Shown one piece after another: positions 40,269 through 49,506 of a DNA stretch of 64,000 nt. Origin of the DNA: a virus; IMG/VR virus record IMGVR_UViG_3300045988_066443, one strand, 5' to 3'. Both the position numbers and the translations under genes were made by a program. Position 1 is the first letter of the stretch; each line of letters begins with the position of its first letter. Below the pieces are notes generated by a model that saw only the letters and a list, made by a program, of their open reading frames with translations, made no database searches and was not told where the DNA came from.

Positions 40269-40608
40269 CTTCGGACATACTTTCCATTTTCTCAGACTGT
40301 TTCTTAGCCAGCAGTTCAGTCAGGCGTGCCTTCTCAGCTGCCTTATCTTTAGCTGCTTCTCTAGCGGCCTTGTCTTTCAGCTTATCAGTGATAACATCTT
40401 TCACAATGTTGAACTTTAACTCCAGTTCGCTATTGCTAGGAGTATCATTAGTTATGAAAGATTTTCTAGGACTCTTGGCTAATTCTTCGTCATAGGACAC
40501 TGCCAGTCTGTCCAATGCAGGCAGACTTAAGTCCCACAAATCTTCCACACTCAAATTACCTTTACTAGTTGCAAAGCGCAACTTCATTTTAGACGCTTGT
40601 TTGTACAT
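40234..40608 (-). CDS. hypothetical coiled-coil protein (124 aa)
   Basis: ORF. Confidence 0.35.
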   Translation of the reverse strand: MYKQASKMKLRFATSKGNLSVEDLWDLSLPALDRLAVSYDEELAKSPRKSFITNDTPSNSELELKFNIVKDVITDKLKDKAAREAAKDKAAEKARLTELLAKKQSEKMESMSEDEIRQRLAELG

Positions 40609-40610
40609 AA

Positions 40611-42626
40611 TTAGAATTTAATTTTAAATGGTTTATTATCAACTTTAACTACAACCTCGTCGTGAGACGTACTAGAGAATCCTAGTCCACTCAACTGGTT
40701 ATCGTTGTATTCTGCTTTAGCTCTAGAGCCAATAGCTTCGAATACTCTCTTATGATCTTTTTCGAGATCGGGTCTCAGATATTCATTGAAGAATCCTCGA
40801 ACTGGGTCAGGATTTTTACATCCATCAATCATGAAGAATAGGTGCTTGTTTCCTATTTCATTACCTTCCCAATAATTTGGAGAATACATGATGCAAGAAA
40901 CAGTTTGGAAACGCATAGTATCAATGCCCCACTCGTTCATAGACTTGTATGAAGTTGCACCTTCGGCAATTACCGGACTTAGGGTTATATTACCAATAGA
41001 ATCTACCTTGATAATTGCTACCGCAATATATTCTCTGTCTGACACCATCTTATCATAGTTGAACTTATGAAGTTCTCCATTGATTTCGATTTCTACCTCG
41101 AATCCAAAGTCTATATGTTCTCTTTTGCAGAAGTTATGCACGCGCACTTCATATCGACCTGCTCTGAGTCTAGATTGGTCAGTCCAGATAATATTCTCAA
41201 CTGCATCTCTGGTTTTACCAGAACCAGCGTTCATATCTACATCTAGTGTACCACCAGTTAATCCTCTCGTGTGTCCGTAATAGATTTCATTACCACCAGG
41301 TTCTGTTACATGGAGGTCAAGGTCATCATAGTTAAACCAGTGTAGAGAACACCTTAGGAATCCATTTACGTTACCACCTGCTGCTTTCACTTTCTCCTTA
41401 AATGAATCCGCCATAGAGCCATTATACACCCAAGCGAAGTTATTCTTCCATTTGAACAGCTGACCTGCATCAGGGTTCTCTGGAGCAGTTAGGGTAACAA
41501 AATTAGGAATATGCTTATTCTCAACAAGAATTTGCACATCCTTAGAGTGCGGCAATACATTAGTTACAAACTCCGAAATTGAGATTTCAGTAGCTTTGGT
41601 ATACTCTTTAGGATTAACCGTTGAGGTCTCTTTTAAAGAGTCAAATATACCTCCTTTCATACGTGCACGAGTATCTCTATTTACGAACAGAACGTCGTTT
41701 ACAGAAATATCTTCTACACGAGCATGACGGCGAGGAAGGGCATCAGTTAACCCAAGTTCTTCAACCTTCTTCTGAGCAGCCTCAATTTGTTTCTTAGTAA
41801 TAAGAGCAGTAGGTCTCTTATAGTTAGATGGAGCCATAATGTTCTCATAAGACTTAACAGCTCTTTCCAGGTCCACACCATTACTTAAGTCAATCAGTAG
41901 AGTTCCCATAGCTGTATTTCTAATCTTAGCTATTGGAGATTTGAAGTTAAACCAACAATAGTTAGTGCGAACCTCTGGTGAGAGATTATCGGCCTCAAGC
42001 ATAGTTCTTCTGAACTCTTGCAGAGTCTTTAGGAACTCCTCTCCGCGATAGAGATTATTATCCTCTATCAACTCAATTACGGTTTCTACCGCACTTAGTT
42101 TAAGCTCGGAAAGAGAGCGTTCAAAGACACCAGCTCTAGCTCTAACATCTCCGCGATAACCTGCGGCAGAATCGAAATGATGTACTCTCTTGTTGAATTT
42201 AAACTTGTTAGGAATAGTCACGTACAAGTGAGTCCAAGTTCTAGTAGTTCCATCAGGAAGAAGTTGCACATTATGGTCACAACCGTGAAACTCATTAACA
42301 TCCTGAATGAATATATCTCCTATTCCGGCTTCCTTAACGAGTTTAGCCAAATCCGATGCGGTCTTTTCATAGCCAGGAGTGTGAACATCATCCCAGAAGG
42401 TTTTCACCTTGTAGGTTTGAGGGTCTATAGCGACTACCTTACCATAGTGACGTATGAAAGACTTACAAGCATTACAATTGTGATCTTGCCGAATTGTTTC
42501 GTCCTCAAAGGAGAGAAGATAACTCATCCACAAAAGGTCTTTGTCTACATTAACTACAAATAAATTATCTGCAATCATAGCATTGAAAGCAGACTCTACA
42601 TCTTTCTTGAAATCTTTAAAATTCAT
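40611..42626 (-). CDS. large hypothetical protein (671 aa)
   Basis: long uninterrupted ORF; no motif I can name with confidence. Confidence 0.5.
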   Translation of the reverse strand: MNFKDFKKDVESAFNAMIADNLFVVNVDKDLLWMSYLLSFEDETIRQDHNCNACKSFIRHYGKVVAIDPQTYKVKTFWDDVHTPGYEKTASDLAKLVKEAGIGDIFIQDVNEFHGCDHNVQLLPDGTTRTWTHLYVTIPNKFKFNKRVHHFDSAAGYRGDVRARAGVFERSLSELKLSAVETVIELIEDNNLYRGEEFLKTLQEFRRTMLEADNLSPEVRTNYCWFNFKSPIAKIRNTAMGTLLIDLSNGVDLERAVKSYENIMAPSNYKRPTALITKKQIEAAQKKVEELGLTDALPRRHARVEDISVNDVLFVNRDTRARMKGGIFDSLKETSTVNPKEYTKATEISISEFVTNVLPHSKDVQILVENKHIPNFVTLTAPENPDAGQLFKWKNNFAWVYNGSMADSFKEKVKAAGGNVNGFLRCSLHWFNYDDLDLHVTEPGGNEIYYGHTRGLTGGTLDVDMNAGSGKTRDAVENIIWTDQSRLRAGRYEVRVHNFCKREHIDFGFEVEIEINGELHKFNYDKMVSDREYIAVAIIKVDSIGNITLSPVIAEGATSYKSMNEWGIDTMRFQTVSCIMYSPNYWEGNEIGNKHLFFMIDGCKNPDPVRGFFNEYLRPDLEKDHKRVFEAIGSRAKAEYNDNQLSGLGFSSTSHDEVVVKVDNKPFKIKF

Positions 42627-42955
42627 AATCTTTATTAGTTAAATATTTGATTGCATAATATAATAGTTAGACCAGTCATAACTGCGGTCTCAAAACCCAT
42701 TACTTCCCTAGTTACTAATAGTATTGTTCCCATCAGAACTATTACTAGTAATCTTACTAATTCCTTTTTCCACCATTTCATGCTCTAGCTTCTTCAAAGT
42801 TTCTACACTCTCCTCATTGAACTTATCCACTCCCAGTTCACTAACCTTATATCATAAGAATTTGGTGAAATCTTAGATAAGGATATTGGTCAATGATTTG
42901 ACTCAATCTAGTTAATATCTTGAAATTAGCTTTCTTTCTAAATCTGATAGCTTCT

Positions 42956-43450
42956 TCAATTTGAGCTTCCATATTTATTAAGTATATCTAATTCCAATTC
43001 CTTAACTTTACTTTCATACAAGGAATCCTCAGCGTAGCCAATTCTGTCTAGGAATTTGTAGTAATCCTCTTCTGGGTTATACTTACTAAGGATAAATTGC
43101 TTATAAGCGAATACACAGCTTATCCAACTATCGAACTTGAAGTAAGACATTGTTCTGGAATTATACAATCCGAACAGATTGTTATTGTCCTTACAAAGTT
43201 TCGATTTAAAATTGCCAGATTCCAGAACAGCCTGAGCTGTTATAATTGCTGGATTTGGAAAATCGTAATGCTTCAAAGTATTGTACAATACTTCTTCGTT
43301 TACTTCATCCAATAAGTAGAATGGATGCTCTGGCAGCAATACCATTTCCTCCTGTTTCTGATTGAAATGTATCAGATGATGCAAAGAATAACCAGTTGCA
43401 AATCCGAATACAATACTAATCATAATGATAATTAAAACTTTCTTTTTCAT
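42956..43450 (-). CDS. endolysin, N-acetylglucosaminidase family, with N-terminal signal-anchor
   Basis: TM segment VLIIIMISIVFGFATG; glucosaminidase-like ITAQAVLESGNFKSKLCKDNNNLFGLY. Confidence 0.55.
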   Translation of the reverse strand: MKKKVLIIIMISIVFGFATGYSLHHLIHFNQKQEEMVLLPEHPFYLLDEVNEEVLYNTLKHYDFPNPAIITAQAVLESGNFKSKLCKDNNNLFGLYNSRTMSYFKFDSWISCVFAYKQFILSKYNPEEDYYKFLDRIGYAEDSLYESKVKELELDILNKYGSSN

Positions 43451-43604
43451 AAAACTTCTTCTTCTATTAATCTAATATCCCAGTAATTTTGAGTTACCGC
43501 CCATTCTATAGCGTCTTTCTTCTCTAGAAAAAGAGGAGAGATCTTCTCATAGTTTATAGGGACTTGCCCGTCATATGCCGTGGGAATTGAAATATAATAT
43601 ACTT

Positions 43605-43907
43605 TCATATCTCAATTGAATTAATAAATCTCGCATCATTAGCTAATTGATACACAGTAGTATTTAGCTCTGGCACATAGACTATATAGTAGTAATCAAA
43701 GAATTGATTATTATCCTCAAATCCTATGATTACTCCTTTTCGTCCTCCATCTACAATGCAGTCTCTATACATATATTTTGCAATATCTTGACGGATTCCG
43801 TCATGATTTATTACAGCCTGCAATGCAGAAAGTCCGTAGTAAGATGTATTTACACCCCTTATCTCATGTCCAAGCAAATCTTTATCAAAAGGAGAACTTA
43901 CTATCAT
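43605..43907 (-). CDS. hypothetical protein (100 aa)
   Basis: ORF. Confidence 0.35.
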   Translation of the reverse strand: MIVSSPFDKDLLGHEIRGVNTSYYGLSALQAVINHDGIRQDIAKYMYRDCIVDGGRKGVIIGFEDNNQFFDYYYIVYVPELNTTVYQLANDARFINSIEI

Positions 43908-44227
43908 AACAATACTTTAGTTAGATCCTCTACAGTTAGATTAGCTATCTTCGATAATTCACAGATTTGGTTTGAGAAATCTAGCCTTGTTTTAAGTTCT
44001 AAATCCCTCCATTGCCGTACCTCCTCTCGACTCTTTCTAAGTTCTTCTTGTAAGTAGGATATAGCTGCCCTTGCTGACTTTAATTGCTCTATAGAACAAA
44101 CGACAAAGTGCTTAGCTCCCTTCTTATTTGTAGAAGGAAGAGCGGCCTCAGCCTCTTCAATACTATCGAACTGTCCTAAGATAAAAGGAATATTATTACA
44201 TTCCTTAATTAAATAGTATTTACTCAT
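43904..44227 (-). CDS. hypothetical protein (107 aa)
   Basis: ORF. Confidence 0.35.
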   Translation of the reverse strand: MSKYYLIKECNNIPFILGQFDSIEEAEAALPSTNKKGAKHFVVCSIEQLKSARAAISYLQEELRKSREEVRQWRDLELKTRLDFSNQICELSKIANLTVEDLTKVLL

Positions 44228-44304
44228 CTTTAATTCCTAGATAATCCTTTAATAATTGAATGTTTCCTTCTCTCAAATGCCGAATAAAAGCTTCTCTTTC
44301 TCTC

Positions 44305-44427
44305 TCAAATAGCAGAATTTTTTTTACTCTCTAACAGGTCTATCCGTCTTTGTTGATTTTCCTCGTATTCTTCAATAGCGTCAGAAATTGCTTTAAGTAT
44401 AGAAGATTCCTTCATAGCGCTACTCAT
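44305..44427 (-). CDS. hypothetical small protein (40 aa)
   Basis: manual translation MSSAMKESSILKAISDAIEEYEENQQRRIDLLESKKNSAI; below the ORF-track cutoff. Confidence 0.2.
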   Translation of the reverse strand: MSSAMKESSILKAISDAIEEYEENQQRRIDLLESKKNSAI

Positions 44428-44917
44428 TGTAGAACTCTTCGTCCCCATTATCGTCGCCTATAGGATTCTCCCATCCATACTTTACAGCAGTAGCCTTAAA
44501 CAAAGGCAACCCATACATAGCATAATTCTCTTCAGGATAATTCTCTAAGCCCTCTTCTAGAACTTGATTCCACCTTAGTACCACGTAGAACATTAGGCTA
44601 GCTGAAATGCCTCTCTGGTCTAGAGCCTTCTCAAAACCAAACTCCACGTCAGACTTAAGTTGCTCTAGGATATTCTCTCTAGTCCATTCCTTAGGCTCTG
44701 GATAAGGCTCATCACCATCGTACTTGAAGCCTATTTTTTCTAACTGCTCTTCTGTTAAAAACTTTGCTAATCTAGAACCGAAACGGTCATCGAGAACTAC
44801 AGCATAGTCTTTGTAATTGTCTAAAATCTCATTTAACGTTTTCATTTTTACATATCTTTTAGGTAAATATTTTGAGGATATTCCCCGAATACTGATAGAG
44901 TTACAGCACAAATCCAT
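44420..44917 (-). CDS. hypothetical protein (165 aa), TAG-terminated
   Basis: ORF; stop is TAG with an in-frame TAA 9 codons downstream. Confidence 0.4.
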   Translation of the reverse strand: MDLCCNSISIRGISSKYLPKRYVKMKTLNEILDNYKDYAVVLDDRFGSRLAKFLTEEQLEKIGFKYDGDEPYPEPKEWTRENILEQLKSDVEFGFEKALDQRGISASLMFYVVLRWNQVLEEGLENYPEENYAMYGLPLFKATAVKYGWENPIGDDNGDEEFYNE

Positions 44918-45168
44918 ACCCTGTCATTGTAATTCTTACTTTTGCATAAGTAAGTTGCTCCACATTCATCCTCCTCAATTTTAGACAACGTTATCTTAGC
45001 TGCAGCTGGGTCAACCATCTGCAATCTAACAAACTTATTATCTAGAGAATCAAGAAGTTCGTCTGCACCACCAACCATTGCTAGTTCCTCTGGTGTTCCG
45101 TCGTAATCTGGCCACCAATAGAACCAGACTCCTCCAACCTTTACAAACTCAAATGTTTTTCTCATCAA
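44848..45168 (-). CDS. hypothetical protein (106 aa)
   Basis: ORF. Confidence 0.35.
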   Translation of the reverse strand: MMRKTFEFVKVGGVWFYWWPDYDGTPEELAMVGGADELLDSLDNKFVRLQMVDPAAAKITLSKIEEDECGATYLCKSKNYNDRVWICAVTLSVFGEYPQNIYLKDM

Positions 45169-45225
45169 TTATTAATTATATTAAACAAAAAATACCCCAA
45201 CAACTTCCGCTGCTGGGGTACATAG

Positions 45226-45297
45226 TAACGCCAACGGGATTCGAACCCGTATGGCAGGCGTGAAAAGCCTGAATCCTAACCATTAGATGATGGCGCT
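45226..45297 (-). tRNA. tRNA-Glu (anticodon TTC)
   Basis: AGCGCCATCATCTAATGGTTAGGATTCAGGCTTTTCACGCCTGCCATACGGGTTCGAATCCCGTTGGCGTTA; anticodon stem CAGGC/GCCTG; loop TTTTCAC. Confidence 0.7.
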
Positions 45298-45300
45298 ATC

Positions 45301-45975
45301 CTACTGCACAATCAAGCTATAAGCTTCTTGCAACAGTTTAATAGTTGGAACCATACGGTTATCAACAACTATTATTTTATAAATGTTCAGAATTTCTTTG
45401 TAGGTTAAAGATGTACAAGTTAGAAATATCTGCGCATCTTCGTTTACAGAACCATTTGACAATCCCAAATCTACTTTAATCATACTGGGTAATGTTCCAA
45501 TCTGAGAAATGTCCCAAGTAGATTTAGTTCTCCTGAAAACTTCCCGCTGTTTGGAAGTAAGTTGCTTTTCTTTCAATCTAGACTCAATAATAGTACCATC
45601 AAACGTTAACGAACCTCCATCGGTATTACTATTATTTAATGCTAGCTGAATCTTCTGAACTGCAGAGTCTTTAGGTTTTGGCTTAAGTTGCACTCCTTCC
45701 TTCAAGCCCTTAATAATCTGCAATGAAGGAATAAAGTCTTTTATTTGAGTTGCATTCCATACAAGAAATTTTCCAGGACTATCCTTAACAGTAACTATAT
45801 ACTTAGTCCCTCCGTTCAATGGAATAATCACTTGTAAGTCTGCATCACTCATTTTACTTAAATGGTCTGATACTCTAACTTTGACGTTTCCAATGACAAA
45901 GTAGCGAGAAACAGTTGTTTCCGCTTCGATAATCTCAGTAGCAGTTGCTACTAAATACTTTTCTAATCTAGTCAT
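45301..45975 (-). CDS. hypothetical protein (224 aa), TAG-terminated
   Basis: ORF; stop is TAG with an in-frame TAA 5 codons downstream. Confidence 0.4.
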   Translation of the reverse strand: MTRLEKYLVATATEIIEAETTVSRYFVIGNVKVRVSDHLSKMSDADLQVIIPLNGGTKYIVTVKDSPGKFLVWNATQIKDFIPSLQIIKGLKEGVQLKPKPKDSAVQKIQLALNNSNTDGGSLTFDGTIIESRLKEKQLTSKQREVFRRTKSTWDISQIGTLPSMIKVDLGLSNGSVNEDAQIFLTCTSLTYKEILNIYKIIVVDNRMVPTIKLLQEAYSLIVQ

Positions 45976-46002
45976 AAAAATTAATCTGATTTAATGGTTA
46001 AG

Positions 46003-46075
46003 ATCCCCCACTCGGATTCGAACCGAGGTCTCGAGATTACAAATCACGTGTTCTAACCAACTAAACTACAGGGGA
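46003..46075 (-). tRNA. tRNA-Thr (anticodon TGT)
   Basis: TCCCCTGTAGTTTAGTTGGTTAGAACACGTGATTTGTAATCTCGAGACCTCGGTTCGAATCCGAGTGGGGGAT; loop TTTGTAA; one T-T mismatch in the anticodon stem. Confidence 0.6.
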
Positions 46076-46080
46076 ATAAA

Positions 46081-46108
46081 TGCCGAGACTGGGGGATTCG
46101 AACCCCAA
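46081..46108 (-). repeat. orphan tRNA 3' fragment (T-arm plus 3' acceptor strand) duplicated next to tRNA-Asp
   Basis: TGGGGTTCGAATCCCCAGTCTCGGCA is homologous to the tRNA-Asp 3' end ACCAGTTCGAGCCTGGTACTCTCGGCA; no matching 5' half. Confidence 0.5.
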
Positions 46109-46119
46109 CCTTCACAGTG

Positions 46120-46191
46120 CCGAGAGTACCAGGCTCGAACTGGTGACCTTCGCATAGACAGTGCGCTATTCTACCACTGAACTAACCCTCG
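46120..46191 (-). tRNA. tRNA-Asp (anticodon GTC)
   Basis: CGAGGGTTAGTTCAGTGGTAGAATAGCGCACTGTCTATGCGAAGGTCACCAGTTCGAGCCTGGTACTCTCGG; loop CTGTCTA; 27-43 G-A mismatch. Confidence 0.6.
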
Positions 46192-46205
46192 GTGTGAACT
46201 GGATA

Positions 46206-46757
46206 TTAATCCAGACTAATTAAACCTTTCTCTAACATGATATGATGATTTGGACATAGCCATACTAAGTTAGCTTCATCATTAATCTCTTTGATTAGAG
46301 TATCTTTGTCAAATTCAAGTATTCCTTTTAGATGATGAACTTCGAGTATTTCATCAAATTCGTGATTATGGCAGTATTGACATACTTTTTCACGAACGGA
46401 ATTTTCTAATACCTTACGGGCATTAGTTCTTATTTCTTGACATTTAGACGATAAGTACTTTTGTCCAGATATGTAATATCCCAATGTTTTATTTTCTACT
46501 CCATTGAGTTCTTCCCAGCATTTACGACATATTTCTGAATCTTTATGCTTAGGTTTACCACATCTAGGACAAATCTTGTCCTCACTATGCTTAGCTCTAC
46601 TTCTATTATTATAGGAGGCAGCACAGGAATGACTACAGAATTGTTTCTTCCTTACGTCTGTGATTCTCTGATTATCTAGTACTTCGATTACCTTACCACA
46701 TTCTTTACAGTGATTAGGATTCTCATAATACAACTTAAGAGATTGTTCTCGGTTCAC
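46206..46757 (-). CDS. HNH endonuclease
   Basis: 183 aa; Zn-finger Cys pairs; HNH motif EVHHLKG...NLVWLCPNHHIMLE. Confidence 0.65.
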   Translation of the reverse strand: MNREQSLKLYYENPNHCKECGKVIEVLDNQRITDVRKKQFCSHSCAASYNNRSRAKHSEDKICPRCGKPKHKDSEICRKCWEELNGVENKTLGYYISGQKYLSSKCQEIRTNARKVLENSVREKVCQYCHNHEFDEILEVHHLKGILEFDKDTLIKEINDEANLVWLCPNHHIMLEKGLISLD

Positions 46758-46895
46758 AGATAGATTTAATTTAGTTTTAATGACAGTGTGATATGCAAGC
46801 CATTACACCACAGCCTCGAAAATGCAGGTATTTATCTCGTTACACCTGCGAGTCCGGCAATCCTTTCTTATATACCGCGTGAGCTGGCGGTTTTG

Positions 46896-46969
46896 TAGGG
46901 CTAATCAGACTTGAACTGATAACCTCCACATTATCAGTGTGGCGCTCTAACCAGTTGAGCTATAGCCCT
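46896..46969 (-). tRNA. tRNA-Ile (anticodon GAT)
   Basis: AGGGCTATAGCTCAACTGGTTAGAGCGCCACACTGATAATGTGGAGGTTATCAGTTCAAGTCTGATTAGCCCTA; perfect stems; loop CTGATAA. Confidence 0.85.
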
Positions 46970-47058
46970 ATTTCTCTTTGTACCACCGTGCAAAATGCAC
47001 ATTTGTAAGTATCTTTATATCAGGATACCTCCCGTGCCAGGAATTGCTACAAAGAATG

Positions 47059-47621
47059 TGGACCTAACGGGAGTCGAACCCGTGTCCAAACAACCCTCGT
47101 TACAAGGATAACGTGCGTCTCATTTTTATTACACCAGCTAGGGAGTTCTAGCATTTAGGTAGTTTTATAAGTCTTACAAGAGTCCATACTAAGTATTTCT
47201 CTAGATGCTTATCTACAAGCTACCAAACTATAGGGCTGACCGAAGTCAACGTTCCACCACTCCATTTTACGTTGGAGAACGGGATGATACTTTAGAGATT
47301 CGTCACATCTCATGGAACACATCTTCCATCTGTTTTATGACATAGGAGATTCAGTCTTACTAACTCTTAGAGTGTTCCGATTAAGAGTATATTACTAGGA
47401 TTAGAGCCTAGCTCTCCATTATATCAATATACTCAACCTCTTCTGTTTCTAGGTCTCTCCTGTAACCCGACTTAGTTAATAGTGTCTACCAACAAGCCAG
47501 CAGCTTAGGCTGCCATTCTTACTTCGCTATAAGTAGCATTTATTGTTTTTCCTTCGTTTAAAGAGATTGCGCTCTACACGTCCTTATAATTTGTAATCGC
47601 CTGTCAAATCCAAGTAGGCCC
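47059..47621 (-). ncRNA. ssrA: tmRNA (ssrA-like transfer-messenger RNA)
   Basis: 563-nt ORF-free span. 5' end GGGCCTACTTGGATTTGACAGG matches the tmRNA 5' consensus GGGGCUGAUUCUGGAUUCGACGGG. 3' end GGACACGGGTTCGACTCCCGTTAGGTCCA is a tRNA-like T-arm. 7-bp acceptor pairing carries the G3-U70 alanine identity pair and discriminator A73. Candidate tag ORF ...AAU|GCU ACU UAU AGC GAA GUA AGA AUG GCA GCC UAA (ATYSEVRMAA). Confidence 0.7.
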
Positions 47622-47661
47622 ATACCCAGTTTATCTTTAATTAGAAAACTGGAAAAAGAAA

Positions 47662-47913
47662 TTATAACATTATAGTTGTACCCTCAGGTAGTGTTCGTAA
47701 CTTAGTATTAGTATAGTCTCTAGCACCCTTACTAAATATCTCAGGATAGTAAGAACAACTTCCTAATATAAATAGTGCAAGTCCACATCTTTGAATTATA
47801 TCTCCGTTAGATACTGTTCCATCCTCAAACCATTCTATCACTTCTGCAAATTCTCCATCCTTTAGGTCTTTAAGTTGGATTATATCAGAGGCCCTATTTA
47901 CTACTTTTGCCAT
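47662..47913 (-). CDS. hypothetical protein (83 aa)
   Basis: ORF. Confidence 0.35.
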   Translation of the reverse strand: MAKVVNRASDIIQLKDLKDGEFAEVIEWFEDGTVSNGDIIQRCGLALFILGSCSYYPEIFSKGARDYTNTKLRTLPEGTTIML

Positions 47914-48475
47914 AAATACATTGTTTGATTATGTCTTTAGTAATTATTCCACTATCACGAGTAAGAGAATCTAGTTTCTCTATATCAAACTCGTCTTTAT
48001 GAAATTTGAATTGAATCCACGTTGGTTCACTTGGTCTGAAATCTAGATAAGTCTTACACTTGTCAGTTCCTAACACTTCATGCACCATAGCTAGAATACG
48101 CTCACCAGCAGCTTTAGTCTTTACAAAGCCAGAAACATCTGGATAGCCAGGACCGCGAGAGTTCCAATATTCTCCTTCTTCTGGACGTTCGTCAACTGGT
48201 TCCCAATTCCATGCAGGAATACCTTTTCTAGGATGTTCAATTTTGATTGCGCTTTCCATAACCCATTTAGATTTCGGGTCTGAGGGATTTTCTGGATGGC
48301 CGCCATATTTGACTATTCCCATTGGATTTTCGCTTCTAACTTCAAATTTTAACTTGCAATGTCTACAAGTTCCAGATGTTAGACCTCCTCCAGAAACTCC
48401 ACTACTTATAACAGAATCGCACCCACAATTAGGACAACCCCACAGCTTATATTCGCTATATAATACTGATAACAT
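47894..48475 (-). CDS. hypothetical Zn-ribbon protein (193 aa), TAG-terminated
   Basis: CPNCGCDS...CRHCK; stop is TAG with an in-frame TGA 3 codons downstream. Confidence 0.4.
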   Translation of the reverse strand: MLSVLYSEYKLWGCPNCGCDSVISSGVSGGGLTSGTCRHCKLKFEVRSENPMGIVKYGGHPENPSDPKSKWVMESAIKIEHPRKGIPAWNWEPVDERPEEGEYWNSRGPGYPDVSGFVKTKAAGERILAMVHEVLGTDKCKTYLDFRPSEPTWIQFKFHKDEFDIEKLDSLTRDSGIITKDIIKQCIYGKSSK

Positions 48476-48771
48476 TAGTTATTCAATTTAAATTCTACTT
48501 CTCTTAAAACAACATACGACTTGCCATCTTCTCCTTCTTGAACACATCCGTTAGCCTGCAAGAAGCTAATAATGAACTCCATAGGGATATGATAACTATC
48601 TGTAATAAGCATACCGTTACTTATATGGTAACGTTCTTTTCTCTCTAATCTTGTGGGATTACCGTTTAGAGTAATCTCACCAGAATATTCATTCTCTTTA
48701 TCAGGTTTAATCCCCTTTATGTAAATAGAACTGCCTGATTCAGCTAAGTAGACCTGTTGTATTACGCTCAT
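48475..48771 (-). CDS. hypothetical protein (98 aa)
   Basis: ORF; ATGA overlap with neighbour. Confidence 0.35.
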   Translation of the reverse strand: MSVIQQVYLAESGSSIYIKGIKPDKENEYSGEITLNGNPTRLERKERYHISNGMLITDSYHIPMEFIISFLQANGCVQEGEDGKSYVVLREVEFKLNN

Positions 48772-49193
48772 AGTTCTGGAACATCTGAACGGTCATCATA
48801 ATAGCCTTCATCCCCAACGAGCTGAGCCAAGCATCCGTGCATATACGGAACTAATTCCGGTCTTTCTCGATAAGTTCGGAATAAAAGCCAACTCATGCTC
48901 ATAGAGTTTCCAGTATGTCCGTTATCAAAGAACTGAAGTTTGTCCTTAATAGCATCAACTAAGTCGTATAAGCTCTCATATTGCTTCAAGAAGTCTTGAT
49001 ACTGTTCATCACCGAAATCTTGAAAAAATTCCGAGAATGAAAGAGCCTGCTTTATACATAACATTTCATACTCAAACAAGTCATCCTCTTCGAAGGAATG
49101 GTCGGTTGCAGCTGAGAATAGACGATTAAATCGTTCGATTCTGTTTTGAAACTCTACAGGGAGAGTTTCTTTGGTAAGATTTTCGTAATTCAT
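48768..49193 (-). CDS. hypothetical acidic protein (141 aa)
   Basis: ORF. Confidence 0.35.
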   Translation of the reverse strand: MNYENLTKETLPVEFQNRIERFNRLFSAATDHSFEEDDLFEYEMLCIKQALSFSEFFQDFGDEQYQDFLKQYESLYDLVDAIKDKLQFFDNGHTGNSMSMSWLLFRTYRERPELVPYMHGCLAQLVGDEGYYDDRSDVPEL

Positions 49194-49226
49194 AATCTAA
49201 AAATTAAGTATCTAATTAATTACTAG

Positions 49227-49299
49227 TAGCGGGAGAGGGACTCGAACCCTCGACCTTCAGGTTATGAGCCTGACTAGCTACCTCTGCTAACACCCCGCG
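49227..49299 (-). tRNA. tRNA-fMet-like initiator (anticodon CAT)
   Basis: 5' CGCGGGGTG is identical to the E. coli initiator tRNA 5' end. Position 1 is unpaired with 72 (C1 opposite U72) and the variable loop is AGGTC, as in tRNA-fMet. Anticodon arm TCAGG-CTCATAA-CCTGA. Confidence 0.65.
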
Positions 49300-49302
49300 A
49301 TA

Positions 49303-49488
49303 TTACAAATGTTTTTTAAATATTTCACAATGATTGTATTCACCTCCCCAACGTATGGGATATTCTTCTTCCTTGGCTTTCTTATAGCCTTCGGCTTCCT
49401 TTTTATCCAGAAATATCTGACACTCAGTTTTATAGTTCTGAGGCGCATTAGCTGGATGATGATTCACTACGACTACGTATACTTTCAT
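49303..49488 (-). CDS. hypothetical small protein (61 aa)
   Basis: ORF between two tRNAs. Confidence 0.3.
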   Translation of the reverse strand: MKVYVVVVNHHPANAPQNYKTECQIFLDKKEAEGYKKAKEEEYPIRWGGEYNHCEIFKKHL

Positions 49489-49506
49489 AATTATTTAATT
49501 TTGTTG

